64,000 nt of DNA from Octopus vulgaris (GCA_951406725.2 OX597823.1:52514001-52578000); one strand, 5' to 3'; shown: positions 1 to 14,528, numbered from the stretch's first letter. The notes: a model not told the origin generated them from the letters alone. Translations and numbers: made by a program.

Positions 1-759
1 TTTAAAGTCTTTATTTCTCTAATTTATCATGTTGACATCCTTCAAGGTCTTTATGGGCAAGAAGTTTACATTAAAAGATAGAATTCTTTTCAACTTACTT
101 ATGCACAAGACACTTTACAAATACCTGTGCATAATTTCAGTGGGAAGCTGGTCTTTCCAAAAGAAACCCTAATAGGTAGTGTTGTCATTAAGAATATAAT
201 TAGTTTTGCTCTTATAAAAGGGTATTTCAACTTCATCTGTTATTTATGCAGACAATATAAAAGTATAAAACAAGACAATACATTAAGGAAAGATAGTATT
301 ATATGTCATGTAAAGAAACCTAGGAATGTCTCACCAATGCTATAGCAGGATTAGAAACAGAAAGAAGAAAAAAAAAAGTCATGCAAATATATCTCACTGC
401 AAAATCTTGAGCGAAAATGCCAAAGGAAAGGGACAGCTTAAATATACATCTAAAAGAAACAATTAGTGAATCTTAGTTGTTTTTCTTCTCTGCTTACTGA
501 TATTCTTAAGAATTAGATTTAACAGTGTTTGACCAATGAAATAATGATTTAGCTACCGGTTAGGTTCCATCAATTAACAGCCATAGGCTTTAACAAGAAA
601 TTCACTTCCCACATGTATCAAGTGAAGAAAACTGATTTATCTTACAAAATCATTCACCAAACTTTGGACATTTCCTTTTATATTTCTCGTTGGAACCTTA
701 TTTTTCTTCACTGCTAATATGCACACTGAGTTGTGGATGACATATCATTACTTACAAAG

Positions 760-975
760 CATATATATATATATATATTTGTGTGTGTGTGTGTGTGTAT
801 GCATACATATTTATATATACACACATATGCATATATATATATATATATAGATAGATAGACACCCACACACATATAAACACATATGTTAAGGTATGTATAT
901 ATATATGTATACATATACATATATATATATATGCGTATGCACACACACACGCACATACGCACAAACACAAACACA
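760..975. repeat. Compound (TA)n/(TG)n/(CA)n microsatellite
   Basis: Dinucleotide runs seen directly; source of the spurious YI/CV ORFs. Confidence 0.95.
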
Positions 976-1363
976 CAAAGTAATATGTTTGTATGTTGAT
1001 ATCGCTCAAGTAGAAATTATCATAGGAAAAAAATTGTTTCTGACTATACCAAAAGAAAGTTCTTGAATATAAATATGTATGTTAGGTTCTGGAGGTGTAC
1101 AAAGTTATTGTGTAGTTTATAAGATTATCAAAATATGTGACAATATAAAGTTAGAGAAATAAATTAATAAGACTTCAAAACTAATTTCTTTTTCTTTTTT
1201 TTTTTTGTATAAACAGGGGAAATGAATGACAGAAGCTAAAGAAATTATAGAAATAACAACATATCACTTATGTATATATATATAAATACACATACATATA
1301 TAATAATATATAGACCCAAATATATGTGTATGTGTTTGTAGACATAAAACACACACAAACATG

Positions 1364-1364
<1 letters not shown>

Positions 1365-1457
<93 letters not shown>

Positions 1458-1512
1458 AGGATAGTGAGAGGGATGCAAACCTATATGCATGCATATATAT
1501 ATATATATATAC
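1365..1512. repeat. (TA)n(GA)n(GACA)n microsatellite
   Basis: Seen directly. Confidence 0.95.
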
Positions 1513-1513
1513 A

Positions 1514-2075
1514 CAGGGTTCGGTGAATAAACTGTCATCTAAATTACACAAAAATGAAAATAACACTAACATCTCATCGTAACAGATATATTTACCAAAA
1601 TTACATACAAATTTCTTGAAATACTACAGAGTACATTTATTCAATAAAATCACCATTGACTTCAACCACAGCCTCCAGTTGACTTCGGAATCTCCTGCAA
1701 CTCTTCTGGACAGTCTCATTGTTTAAGTTGGTGAATACGCTTTAATCCTTACCTTCTTTTCATCTTTGGTGTTACAAAGAGTTTTGCTGGTCTCTTGCTC
1801 AACTGCACCCCATACATAATAATCAAGAGGGTTGCAGTCTTGGGAGTTAGGTGGCCAGATGTTAGAGGGGATGTGGTTGTAGAAATTTTCTGGAAGCCAT
1901 GACTGGGTTCTCCTGCTTGTGTGGCATGGTGCAGAGTCCTGTTGCCAGACATAGGGTCTTCCAGAAGCCACCCTGTTGACCCAGGGTAACACTACCTCCT
2001 CCAGGCACTTGGTGTAGGCCTCCATATTCAGTGTGAGGCCATGTGGGAAGATGGAGACATAACATCGCCATCACA
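1514..2075 (-). mobile_element. Tc1/mariner superfamily DD37D (maT-type) transposon remnant, 3' part
   Basis: ORF 1723-2025 has WQQDSAPCH...WPPNSQDCNPLDYYVW with 37 residues between the last two Asp. The terminus CAGGGTTCGGTGAATAAACTGTCATC matches the end of the 56483-57318 copy. Confidence 0.88.
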
Positions 2076-3389
2076 ATGACTGAAACAAACAGAGGATAAT
2101 AGATAAAAGACAAATGTCATCCAGCTATAAAACAATACCTCAAAATGTCCCATCCAATGCATGTTAATATGGAAAAGGAGGCATAAAAATGGTACCAGCG
2201 CCAACACTGATGCAGTCACAATCACCTATGATACTAACAGCAATATGATAATGATGATGAATTGACAATCTTTGATTGTCATCAGGTGTCATATTTTTAG
2301 ATTTGTATACAATCTCACTTGTGGTTTCGAGCTAAGAACATTCATCTCTAAACAAGTTATGTTCATATCCGTGTTCACTTAGTTGCTTGATAAGGAAACC
2401 ACTGCCCTAAGTTAAAAAATATATTTTCTTAGTTGAGATCCTATCTATGAATTTGTACATATCCAAGAATGATAACATTCAAAGACTGAACAAATTAAAG
2501 TAGTGTAGATATAGATATTGTAACAAAGTTCATAGTCTCAAAACTTAAAATCTAAACTTATGTATTGTTTATATCTATGAGGTAAAATCTCTTCAAATAT
2601 TGATCCCATTTTTAAAGGGTTTTAAATAAATATTTTATTTCATATTTTCTGTAATTCTTCATCTTGAAATCTCAAATTACTACTCATTTCTTATTTGTTG
2701 AAAGCAATTTAGACTATTTCCTTCAGGGCAGTGCTCCTACCTGGCCATAAATAATGAAAAATGATTTAGCTTTCAGTCCTTCCATAAGTCACTCTCTGGT
2801 CTAAGCAGGCCTATGTTTCCTAACTATTCTCCTTAGTTAAATTTCAGCTGTTCACCTGGAATGAAAAACTTAAGATTAAGACTAATTACAAAGAAATTAA
2901 TAAATTTTTCAGCCATACAGGCAAATAATATAAATTCATATAACGTTATTCCTTGTTCTTGTTTAATCCTAGAGCAGTTTTGAGTGAGCAATTCTATGAT
3001 CAAAGCCCTTCCAAACCTGATTCTCATATCTTTCCAGAGATAATTGCAACTACGTTATCTAATATATCCTTTATTTAATACACAAGAGAGATGTAGCAGT
3101 TAGGGCTAGAAGGTTGAATAACAATGAAGTGTCACCTCCATTGGCTCACTCCCTTCTATAATTTCCTTTTCATTGCTTGTATGGTTGAAATATTTACACT
3201 GTTCATAATTCTGCTCCATTAAAACTGAGTCTCAAACAACGTGCACAATTTTCAATTTAGAGTCTTTAAAAAATTTATATAAACACATGAACATTTAAAA
3301 GTGTAGATATAGATATTGTAGTGCAGATATAGACGTAGTTTTGATGAGACGTTATATGGAGCTATGGCAAAGAACAAATGAAGTTTCGA

Positions 3390-3680
3390 TTAGGGAGCAA
3401 ATATTTAAGAAAAGTGGGAGTGGATTGGTAACACAATTAGAAAAGACACACCGAATGTAGTGAAAAGTGCTTTACAGTGGAAACCGGATGGATATAGAAG
3501 AAGAGGTAGGCCTAAGAGCTCGTGGCAGAGATCAACACAAAAGGAACTAGAGAAAGGGAAGCATTCGTGGCAGAGTATAAGTACAGAAGCGAAAAATTAT
3601 GCGATATGGAATTCAACTATAAGTGGCCAATACTCCGCATTGGAGGGTTAAAGGCATAAATAAAGAAGAAAGAAGAACAT
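3390..3680 (+). mobile_element. RTE-clade LINE 3' fragment
   Basis: Encodes KWEWIGNTIRK...ALQWKPDGYRRRGRPKSSW, a typical RTE ORF C-terminus, then an AAG-rich tail. Confidence 0.75.
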
Positions 3681-4519
3681 TTAAAAACAAGCACATTATT
3701 CATAAGTTTTATAAGATTAATAAAATATGCTTTTCTATAATTTGGGCTAAATTTTCAAATTTAAAACCCTTTCTTTAACTGTCTGTGCAAAGCACACCAG
3801 TAATTTTATTTTTTTATATAACCGACACCAGTGATTTTTTTTTTTTTTTACTTGAATTCTACTACCCATCAAAGTCAAATCAATAACTGAAAACTCCTGC
3901 CGATGATTAAGTCAGTGACTTGGAGTTACATTAATAACTGAGTCACCTGTATTCTGTGGTTTCTTGAATTGCATAGAAATATTTGAAAAGTAAATTATAT
4001 TATAAATCACTGCAGTGACAATTTTTATCTTTCCTATTTCAGTTTATTCAAAAGGTCCCCTGATATTTACATGTCTTATATAGATTGATCACCATTGAAA
4101 ATATTGCAGTATTCAATAGACATGCAGAAGAAAATCTGGAATCAAAATCATTACTGAATCAGTGATGAAATATGTCTGGTTTCTGTTCTTCTGCTGGTAA
4201 CATTACCTTTCACAGCATTTATCAATGGATATGCTACAAGAAACACTGAGCTAAAAGCATTTCAGTTGACCCCAGTTTCAACAAGACAATCAATAAATGG
4301 TAGTATCTCAGCACTTATCACAGACTAACCTCTTACAAAATCCATTTAATTCTTCTTTATAAAGACCATCATTTCTTCTTCAGCTGTTTTAGTGGATCTT
4401 TTACAGATTACTCTTTCCCAATGTCACAATATATTGAACTCTCTTCTGTTGAAAATAACTTCCTCTGTTACTTTCCTTAAATTACTGGATCCTAAAATTC
4501 AGATGTTTCTTTATCAAAT

Positions 4520-5900
4520 GGAATGTGCATACACATTTTGTTCAAAAGTTTAGTGCATGTTTCATGTACACTTAATATGGTTAATTTTCTTGAACAAACT
4601 TGTTGAAGTTTATTTTGAAAACTTACAGGATGTTTGAGCTAAATTTGAGGATGTTTTAGGAAATCTCCTTTCCCTGAGGAACAGCTTGATATATTGGTAA
4701 ACAGTCAATAGCACTGGAGAACATAGTTTTAAGTTGTAGCTGGGAGAAAGTTAGCTGACGTGGAGGACTCAAAGCTATTTGAATATTGGGAAAGAGTTAC
4801 CTGTATCATGATGGTTCATATCAGGAGTCGAAATGCCTACAAAATGATTGCTGCTCAATGCTCTGTAAACACCATAAAGGCTATAAGACATGATATACTC
4901 TCTATCTCTTTTACTCTCTTTTACTTGTTTCGGTCTTTTGACTGCGGCCATGCTGGAGCACCACCTTTATTCGAGCAAATCCACCCCGGGACTTATTCTT
5001 TGTAAGCCCAGTACTTATTCTATCGGTCTCTTTTGCTGAACCGCTAAGTGACGGGGACGTAAACACACCAGCATCGGTTGTCAAGCAATGCTAGGGAGAC
5101 AAACACAGACACAAACACATACATACAGATATATACATATATATGACAGGCTTCTTTCAGTTTCCGTCTACCAAATCCACTCACAAAGGCATTGGTTGGC
5201 CCGGGGCTATAGCAGAAGACTCTTGCCCAAGATGCTACGCAGTGGGACTGAACCCGGAACCATGTGGTTGGTTAGCAAGCTACTTACCACACAGCCACTC
5301 CTGCGCCTATGGATATCATGAAAACTAAGTTTTCTCAGATTATGATGGTCTTTGGGTGAGACTTCAGTGAAGTTGACATCATGCCACCCCACATCTTTGA
5401 ACAGGGCTTTAGGCTCAATTCAGACAGCTATGTGAAACTGTTGGAAAATGTGTTCAATCCCTGGATGAAGAGGGTTGCTGGTGGAAGGCTTTATACATGG
5501 CAGCAGAATTTAGCTCCTTGCCATACCTCTGGAATGAGTGAGACATGGTTGTCAGAGAATTTTGATGATATCACCAAACCCAATATCTGGCCTCCTAATT
5601 CCTTCAGTTATAATCCCATAGATTACTGTGTGGGGTGTGATTGAGAAGGATGCCAACTGCTCTGCCTGCAACATCAAGGCTGAGCTGTTAGCCAAAATCA
5701 AGGAGGTGACCAAAGATCTTCCTAGGGACACAGTGAGGAACACATGAGCCATGTTCGGGAACCATCTTGAGTCAGTGGTGGAAGCTGAGGGTGGCTACTT
5801 TGAGTAAACTGTTATTTCCCACCATAATCTAGTTATTTTTTGATTTTTTAAAATACTTTTGACTTTGGATGGGATTTTGTTTTCTTTCCCTTTTTTGCAA
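4520..5900 (+). mobile_element. Decayed DD37D (maT-type) transposon interrupted by a SINE
   Basis: ORF 5381-5644 WQQNLAPCH...WPPNSFSYNPIDY is homologous to the 1514-2075 copy; outer limits are approximate. Confidence 0.75.
4900..5308 (-). mobile_element. tRNA-derived SINE family A, full length with internal microsatellite
   Basis: Minus strand head GGCGCAGGAGTGGCTGTGTGGT...GGTTCAGTCCC (A/B-box-like), CTTGGGCAAG core-like block, internal (TA/TG)n and (AAAAGAG)n tail; many copies in window. Confidence 0.9.
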
Positions 5901-6664
5901 ACTGTCAATTTCATATGATTCAGGGTTCGATCCCACTGTGTGGTGCCTCAGACAAATTTTACTGAAAAGTTTTGAGCAATATTTGGTAGATAGAAACTGT
6001 GCAAAAGCTTTTCATGTATGCATGTGTATGTATTTTGGTGAGGGATGGTCAATAAATAGGTGCACTGAATGAAAATACTTACCAATATTAAGACATCAGT
6101 TTTGCCCAGAATGACTTTGCTTTCCATCATTTCAGGGTTGATAAAATTAGTACCAGTTGAGTACTAAGGTTGATGTAATCATCTTATCCCCTCCCCAAAA
6201 CTGATGGCCTTGTGCCAAAATTTGAAACAAATATTAAGACATCATAGTTACTTCCCTTTAGTGATGCAGTTGAGATGGATAAAATGTCAAGTACTGAAGT
6301 CCTTCTAAAATATTATAACCATTGAACTTAGTGCCTCAGCATGGATATGGTCCCAAAAGACTGAATCCAATAAAAGAAAAGAATTTAAAAAAATATCGTT
6401 ATCCAATAGATTCTAGATAATTTATCTTTCCAACTGTCCTTGCCCAACTGAAATATTTTAGCAGTATTGTTTTATTGTCAGTTTTCTCTTCTATTATTCT
6501 TTTGAACTTGCATTTGATATCAAATCCTATGTGTACTGCTAGAGAGGATGGAACTGTAGACAGTATAAGACTTCTTAAATTTATGCTTGCTGGTAATAAA
6601 TTCTTGCTTAGATTTTAGATGTTCAAATTTCTTTATATTTTTGAATTGATACACTTATTATAAG

Positions 6665-6930
6665 GTGGAGGCACGTGGCTTAGTGGTTAGGGTGTCAGCA
6701 TCATGATCGTAAGATTGTGGTTTCGATTCCTGGACTGGGTGACGCGTTGTGTTCATGAGCAAAACACTTCATTTCATGTTGCTCCAGTTCACTCAGCTGG
6801 CAAAAATGAGTAACACTGCGATGGACTAGTGTCCCATCCAACTGGGGAACGCATATGCCATAGAAACTGGGAAACTGGGCCCATGAGCCTGGCTAGGCTT
6901 TAAAAAGGGTGCATTTATTTATTTTTTTTT
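6665..6930 (+). mobile_element. tRNA-derived SINE family B with 14-bp target-site duplication
   Basis: A box TGGCTTAGTGG, B box GTTTCGATTCC; TSD ACACTTATTATAAG at 6651-6664 and 6931-6944. Confidence 0.92.
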
Positions 6931-7179
6931 ACACTTATTATAAGAATAAGAAGGAAAGACAAAGAGAAAAAGTCAGAAACCACTGGTTTCTAAATGATAA
7001 AATGGTTTGAATATCCAAAATCAAAGCTTGAAAAATGATACTAGTAAATATTCATTTAAAAATAACAAAGATCCTTGCCTCTTCATCAGTTATTCTTTTC
7101 TTTTACTGGTTTTAGTTCAAGAGCTGTGGCTGTGCTGGGGCATCACTATTGATGTTAGTATCCTCATTTGCATTTTCTG

Positions 7180-7340
7180 TCACAAGGTAGGTTCATTCAA
7201 AACTTTTGACAGGAGGAGGTCCAGTTTCGTTTTGAAGACACCTACATCTACTCCATGGATGTCTCTCAAGCCTTTTGGGAGGATATTGAAGAGCTGCAGG
7301 CTCTTGAAGCCCAAGCCGTTGCAATATCTGGTCTTGTTCT
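7180..7340 (-). mobile_element. CR1/L2-group LINE ORF2 C-terminal remnant
   Basis: Minus strand reads KTRYCNGLGFKSLQLFNILPKGLRDIHGVDVGVFKTKLDLLLSKVLNEP, similar to the C-terminus of the 51430-52221 ORF. Confidence 0.65.
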
Positions 7341-8282
7341 TTAAAGTTTTTAATAGTCATGTGTATGGAAATTGTACATTGCACATTTTTTTTCTTTTTT
7401 TTTTGACAAAAGTACAAATGCATGGAGTACATGATAAATATAATTAATTACTTGATTAATTTAGGAAGCCAATATTTTGCACACACATTAATTTCTTGTG
7501 TGCCCTGATTGCAAAACATGTGCCTGTGTGCACATGTGCAATGCTTTATGGGAACAGTGCCTCTTTGAATTTCTATCTCATCAGTAACATAATTAAAAGG
7601 ATTTATATGAAAGGCAAATTCAAAAAAAAGTTATAGCAAAACTGTAAAAAAAAAAGAAGAAAAAAAACTTCAATTATACTGGAAAGGTAAAGACCAAGTA
7701 TTTGAAATCTTTTTGGCAAACAGCAATTTTTAAAATCTTTTCATTGGTTTTCATAATTTTAGACTATTCATGCTGGACTGATTTTACACAAATTTGCAAG
7801 TTGTTATACTATTCGCAAACTTTTACATGACAATTTGCAATCTTTTAAACTTTATTGAAGTAAGAATCCTAGAATGGCTGAATAAATTTAGTTATATTAT
7901 TGTTAGTAATATTGATTTATATAATTAGATTATATAGTATTTTGCTACTCATTTTTGCTCAAAATTTTCTATCTTTAAATGGTAAGAAAGGATACTAATT
8001 AATATGCTTTGTTAATATCTCATGTTACGTATTATACAAATATAATATGCTGCCATGTAAGCATATATTTATGTATAAATCAATATTTATATTTATGTAT
8101 CCTGAAGGAATTTACAATATATCATAATCACCATTTCTGAAATCTACACATTTTGTGTTTATGAGACAAGGTTCAGTCTGAACACTACAAATTACTAAAC
8201 TTTTCATTAGTTTCTAGTTAGTGTATCACTCCACCATCAATGGCTTTGCTATCAGAGAATCAAGGAAAAAGACATTAAAAAT

Positions 8283-8748
8283 ACTCTTTTCTACTCTAGG
8301 CACAAGGCCCGAAATTTTGGGAGAGGAGGCCAGTCAATTAGATCAACCCCAGTACACAACTAGCACTTAATTTATCGACCTCGAAAGGATGAAAAGCAAA
8401 GTCAGCCTCAGTGGAATTTGAACTCAGAATGTAAAGATAGACGAAATACTGCTAAGCATTTCACCCAGTGTGCTAACATTTCTGCCAACTCACTGCCTTG
8501 ATATTAAAAATATTCTTTTCTACATTTTTTTCTACTCTAGGCACAAGGCTCGAATTTTTTTTTTTCTTTGGGAGGGGGGCAGTCAATTAGATCGACCCAG
8601 TATGCAACTGGAACTTAATTTATCAACCCCAAAAGGATAAAGGGCATAGTCAACCTCAGCGTCATTTGAACTCAGAACATAAAGACAGACGAAATACTAC
8701 CAAGCATTTCACCTGGCATGCTAACATTTCTGCCAGTTAGCTGCCTTG
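8283..8748 (-). mobile_element. Two tandem copies of SINE family C
   Basis: Copies at about 8283-8500 and 8533-8748; minus strand head GGCAGTGAGTTGGCAGAAATGTTAGC and B box GAGTTCAAATTCC. Confidence 0.9.
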
Positions 8749-9454
8749 ATATTAAAAACATTGAATGAGAAGTTACTGTAATACTGTTCGAGGCATGGTT
8801 CACTCTCATGATCTGCATCTGAAAAGGTAGCATCTAATCAACTTATCTATTGAAATTCCTTTTTAGTGCAAAACATAATATGTTGGATCCAATTCCATCT
8901 CAGGCTGACAGAAGTCTCTTACTAGTAACTATTTAACTATAGTTACTATATTATCTGCTTGTAGTCAAGTAATCAATGACTAAACCAGCTCCCTATTTGA
9001 CTTATCCAGTGAGGAAGGTGTCAGAAAACCCAAACTAATCCTACCCAGTGAGGAGGGTATCTGAGATTTCAGTAGGATTATAAAACAAAGCTTTTCAAAG
9101 GCCGATGATCTCTTTGAGAGCCAATTGCACCCATATCCCCATATCCTCAGTAGGAGAAGGGTGCCACCATGAATATTAAATGTGATGAAATAGTTAGGTG
9201 TAAATTACACTAATATTTAATTCCATACAAGACTAGCAAAATGCATGAAGAAACCCCAAGGTGGAATGATCAATAGAAAATTTCAGGTTTCCCTAATAGT
9301 GGAATGACTTCAAGGATGGTTTTATTTGACTTGATCATTCACCCATTTGTCAAAAGCATTAAGAAAATTTTGTTCCAACCAATCTCATTGGTTTGAGAAA
9401 ATGTGATTTGTACTGCATGCACTTTGTCACAACTTCATTTTATAAACTAGGTAT

Positions 9455-9920
9455 CATCATCATCATCATCTAACGTCCGCTTTCCATGCTAGCATGGGTT
9501 AGACGATTTGACTGAGGACTGGCGAACAAGATGGCTGCACCAGGCTCCAATCTTATCTGGCAGAATTTCTACAGCTGGATGCCCTTCCTAACGCCAACCA
9601 CTCTGAGAGTGTAGTGGGTGCTTTTACGTGCCACCGGCACGAGGGCCAGTCATGGGGTAGTGGCAATGTCCACGCTCAAATGGTGCTTTTTACATGCCAC
9701 CTGCACAGGAGTCAGTCCAGCAGCACTGGCAACAACCTCATTCAAATGTTTTGTTCACGTGCCACCGGCACAAGTGCCAGTAAGGTGACGCTGGTAACGA
9801 TCATGCTCGGATGGTGCTTTTTACATGCCACCGGCACGGAAGCCAGTCAGCTGCTCTGGCAGTAATTCCACTCGGATGGAGCTGTTAGTGCTCCACTGGC
9901 ATGGGTGCCAGTCAAATTTG
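9455..9920 (-). mobile_element. Non-autonomous retroelement with RTE-like 3' end, (GAT)n tail and internal GTGCC..TGGCAC subrepeats
   Basis: Minus strand ends GGAAGGGCATCCAGCTGTAGAA...CCCATGCTAGCATGGAAAGCGGACGTTAGA(TGA)n; same family as 43545-43930. Confidence 0.75.
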
Positions 9921-10414
9921 TTTAGAATTTATTATTCCCTTATCATATTTAAATCAAGCCATAGCAACCAAAGAGTTACTTATTTGTAGGAATTTATTAT
10001 TGAGGGAAACATTTTAAACATTCGATTATTTGCCAAATTTTATAGATGGATCTGTATTTTAATGCTACAAACTAGAGACTGTAAAGCATCCAATGTAGTT
10101 CCATAATTTGTGTCAGAAGTAATACACAGGGGAGCAGAGCATATTTAAATAATGTTAAGAAAATTAATCTGTAATCATGGTATTATTCCAAGAAATATTA
10201 GCTACACTGTCTGGTTGATAATTGCTAAATAGAAAAGCTTATTTCGATAAGTAATAAGGTGGTCTGGTTTATCTAAGAATCAAGAGGGAGAGAATTTGGT
10301 GGGGAAATAAATAAACTGGAATTCTTTTTGTTTATTGATATTTTATAATGATCCTCAACACAAATCTTAAGTAGATATTATCATTTTACAATTAAACTTT
10401 AGTCTTTTTAAATC

Positions 10415-10568
10415 GGTGGTAAGTAGCTTGCTTACCAACCACGTGATTCAAGGTTCAGTCCCACTTGCATGGCACCTTGGGCAAGTGTCTTCTACTATAG
10501 CTTCGGGCCGACCAAAGCCTTGTGAGTGGAATTGGTAGACAGAAACTGAAAGAAGCCCATCGTATATA

Positions 10569-10607
<39 letters not shown>

Positions 10608-10812
10608 ATAGATGTTTGTGGGTCTGTGTTTGTCCCTCAACATCACTTGACAACTGATGCTGGTGTGTTTACGTCCCTGTAACTTAGCAGTTTGGCAAAA
10701 GGGACCAATAGAATAAGTACTAGACTTACAAAGCCCTGGGATCGATTTGCTCGACTAAAGGCAGTGCTCCAGCATGGCCACAGTCAAATGACTGAAACGA
10801 GTAAAAGAGTAA
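10415..10812 (+). mobile_element. SINE family A
   Basis: Collinear with the 4900-5308 copy. Confidence 0.88.
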
Positions 10813-11429
10813 TTATTTCGACTCCTAATTTCAGAGGCTCTCTTCTTACAATTTCTTTTTATGCTGATACACTGATACCAACTCTTGCTTTTTCTTCAGT
10901 TTATGTTTAAAGCTATATTCAAGTATTCTTTTAAATCAAGCAAAGCTTATTCCATTGCTATGTTAGCATTAAGTTGTCCACCAGTGATTACTTACTACTT
11001 TATTAATACGTTATTACAGTTGATATATGAAGGCATGTGGCTTAATAGTTAGGGGGATGCTCTCTACATCCTGAGTTCAAATCCCACCTGCCCTGAGATA
11101 ATGCAACAGGAAACCACTCTAGTATTCATCCCAAGCCAAAGTTCCAGTAAACTACTTAACTCTAGCAGATGAGGGTACAGGACCTCTCATTCATATAGAG
11201 AATGCTGGAGAAGGTTCACATGCACAGGACCTGCCCAAGAGTAGACCACCACTACACTAGAGACTGCTGATATCTTTAAGGTAGATATTGATTAATTTAG
11301 TACATTTATCCTGGGGGAAAATGTGCTATTGATACATTTTAGAACATTCTTTGTAAACACAATCTAACTCTTCCCATTTTTTTTATTGTATAAAATGAGA
11401 TTAGTTGCTTAACACTCCATATAATATAA

Positions 11430-11763
11430 GGTAAAGGTAAAGACTCACTTCAGTCTTGAATGACCATGGGATTACTCCTAGAAAGTTACCTTCAAAAGCA
11501 CGAGTCTGGGCAGGGTTGTTTTATGGAAGACCAGTTGTCACCCATACATACCAACTTCTCCTCTCCCCAGCCATCAATGTTATCCAAGGGAAAGGCAAAA
11601 GATAATACAGCTTGACACTAGTGATGTCACAACTCATTCCTACAGCTGAGTGAACTGGAGCAAAGTGAAATAAAGTGTCTTGCTCAAGAACACAACACAC
11701 AGTCTGGTCCAGGAATCAAGCTCACTGCCTCATCATTCTAACCACTGAGCCATGTACCTTCAC
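11430..11763 (-). mobile_element. SINE family B, alternative 3' tail
   Basis: Shares head and core with 6665 copy; tail matches the 47643-47975 copy. Confidence 0.82.
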
Positions 11764-12679
11764 TCCATATGATATTGATATTATTTATATAAACATGTGT
11801 CACTTAAACTCTTGAATCAGAAGAAACTGTGAATAAAGCTTCTCTAATCAGATGTGTCTGAGTATTTTTTCCAGCTAGTCTCAAGTTTGCCCCTGTTTTC
11901 CGATGTCTGGTTCAAGATAGTGCGATCATGTATTTGTTGGTTAATTACTTTTCCTTTACTTTATCAGTCAATGATTATGGTCAGTGCCTGTATGATAGAA
12001 TTTGATTTAGTCTTGCAATAAGTGAGCAACCAGTCTATCTCCAATGCTATCCCTGGTTTCTCATGTTCAGTTCTCCTATTTTCATTTAAGGGTCTAATGA
12101 CATTAGGTCACCATATCTGCACAATCCCTGGACATGTAATGCAAATGAAGACTGCAATTTCGGTGAAATTTTCTACTGGCAATTAACGAAAGAAAACCAA
12201 ATGTTTATTTGATTAAGTATGATTTAGTAATGTTGGGCCTCTTAGATGACATGAAATAAGATTCTGATACATAATAGATTACTGCATTGTAACTCACATC
12301 CAGCCCCATTATCAGTATGGAAAAACGGACATTAAAACAATGATGATATTTATATAAATGTGGCAATAATCAATCATATATATATATGGAAACATGTTTG
12401 TGAAGAACCAAAATGGACCTATTAATGTGATATTTGACAGGCTGTTAAGTTTTGATTTCAAATCAACTGCGGATATTTTGATGTGTATTTGATCAGTACA
12501 TTTAATTCTACGTGCCTCTGTTGGCATAATTGTTAGAAATGCACATCAAATCTTTTGGATATTTTACTGTACATAGACTGACAATCTGTATATCCACTTT
12601 TACATCGTGAAACTAGAGCCGGGCATTAACATATGAAAGCTGTTCAGGGATTAGAAAACATTTACATTTTTATCCAAAC

Positions 12680-12708
12680 ACACACATATATATTTCACAT
12701 GAAAATAT

Positions 12709-12750
<42 letters not shown>

Positions 12751-12930
12751 TCCTTCATATATGTGAATATGTGTATTTTGTGCATATATATATTTATATG
12801 TATATATATATATAAATACATACATAATACATATATATATGTATGTATGTATGTGTGTGTATATATATATATATACACATATGTACACACAGACCCATAA
12901 ATATCAGTGTGTGTGAGTGTGTGTGTGCAT
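12680..12930. repeat. Compound TA/TG microsatellite
   Basis: Seen directly. Confidence 0.9.
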
Positions 12931-13476
12931 ATGTATGGTCTTCACATGAATATTTACATCGTGTGTAACCATAAATATATAATTACATTAAAAGCAAGTA
13001 GACTACCGAAAATGCGATGCATTAGTGAATATTTGCGACTATATTTTATTAGAAGAACTTCAGGTGTAAATCCAAATTAATTTACCAAAATGTCCAAATC
13101 TACCACACTTCTTATTTTTCCTACATCCCTTTAGTCCATTGTATGAATTATATTGTTAAATTAAACATTTAAATTCAGTGACTAACATAAACACTAATAT
13201 TCTCTCCAAAATGTCTTCTAATGATACTAAGTTCCAGATACAAGCTTGTTGCTGATATTTGATATGTATTAATGTTTCGAACTAATGATTTCTTCATGAA
13301 GTCAGTAAATATCTCAATGGGTATTTATGTAAAACTATCTTCTGACATGCTGCTTAGAATCTGTAAGGGTAGACAGATTTGGACACCATACAATGAGCTG
13401 TTAGAAATTATTGATATGGCACCATTAAATATGTTTAGAAGGGGGTAATTGATTTGCTTTATGAATGCAATTAGGT

Positions 13477-13920
13477 CATCATCATCATCACCATCATCAC
13501 CATCATCATCATTATTATTATCAGTAATACATCACCACCACTACAAACAACAACAACAATAACAACACCATTATCTTGCCTTATTGGATTTCTTCTTTAC
13601 CTCCTTTCACTTCCTTGTTGTCATCATGTACTTCTCTACCTCACCTTGCTCCACATGCTTTTTTCTCCTCTTCTTTGACCTCCTCCTTCTTTCTTTCTTT
13701 TCTCCTCTTCCTTGACCTCCTCCTTCTTTCTTTCTTTTTCTCCTCTTCCTTGACCTCCTCCTTTTGTATTCTTCTAATCCACCTCCTTCACCTCCTTCAT
13801 CTCTTCCTCTTCCTTCTCCTCCTCCTCATCATCATTACCATCATTAGTACCACCACCACCACCGCTAACAATAACAACACCATTATCTTACCCTTCCTTC
13901 TCCTCCTCCTTCTTCTCCAC
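13477..13920. repeat. Trinucleotide and pyrimidine-rich low-complexity tract with about 36-39 bp tandem units
   Basis: (CAT)n, (CAA)n, (CCT)n; TTTTCTCCTCTTCYTTGACCTCCTCCTT three times; AACAATAACAACACCATTATCTT twice. Confidence 0.85.
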
Positions 13921-14528
13921 TCAACTTGGTACTTGATCTGTTTTACCACATGTTCACAGCCTCATCACTAATGCTTAGTTTCCAATGGTTAGTCATTATT
14001 GTTTAACCTTATTCAATCCTGAATGGACAGAGCCAAGACCAAAACCATTCCAGCTGTGACCAATTCATTTTTGTCGGCAACAACATTAGCCAATATATCC
14101 TTCTATATTTTAGAAACATTTGAGAGAAATTTAGCTGCTTTTTCTAGCAGTTCAAGCAAATATATAGAATCTCTCTCTTTGGCTCTCAATGGCAACTTAA
14201 GACTTTTGGTGCATTAGTAGCATGGGAGGTAAATAGAAACATCTGTAGACCTGCAAGGACCAAGTTCATAGTAATAATAGTTATGATGGCCTGTGGCTTA
14301 CATCTCTATTATGAGAATTACATTGTGAAGGACCTTTTATAGCTCCCTTTAATTCCATAAAGTTTTGGCATGGCTATGTGGTAAGATGTTAGCTTTCCAG
14401 CCACATGGTTTTGGGTTCTGTCCCACAGTGTAGCATCTTGGGTGAAAGTCTTCTACTAAAGCCTCAGTTCAACTGAAGCCTTTTGAATGAATTTGATACC
14501 TGGAAACTGAAAGGTTCATGAGCAGATA

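Noticed and set aside
2255-2290. Minus strand CTGATGA followed by a GACAATC/GATTGTC hairpin
   Set aside because: No GAAA, stem III or stem I follows
7007-7447. 146-aa ORF on the plus strand
   Set aside because: Antisense to a LINE remnant; no independent coding signal
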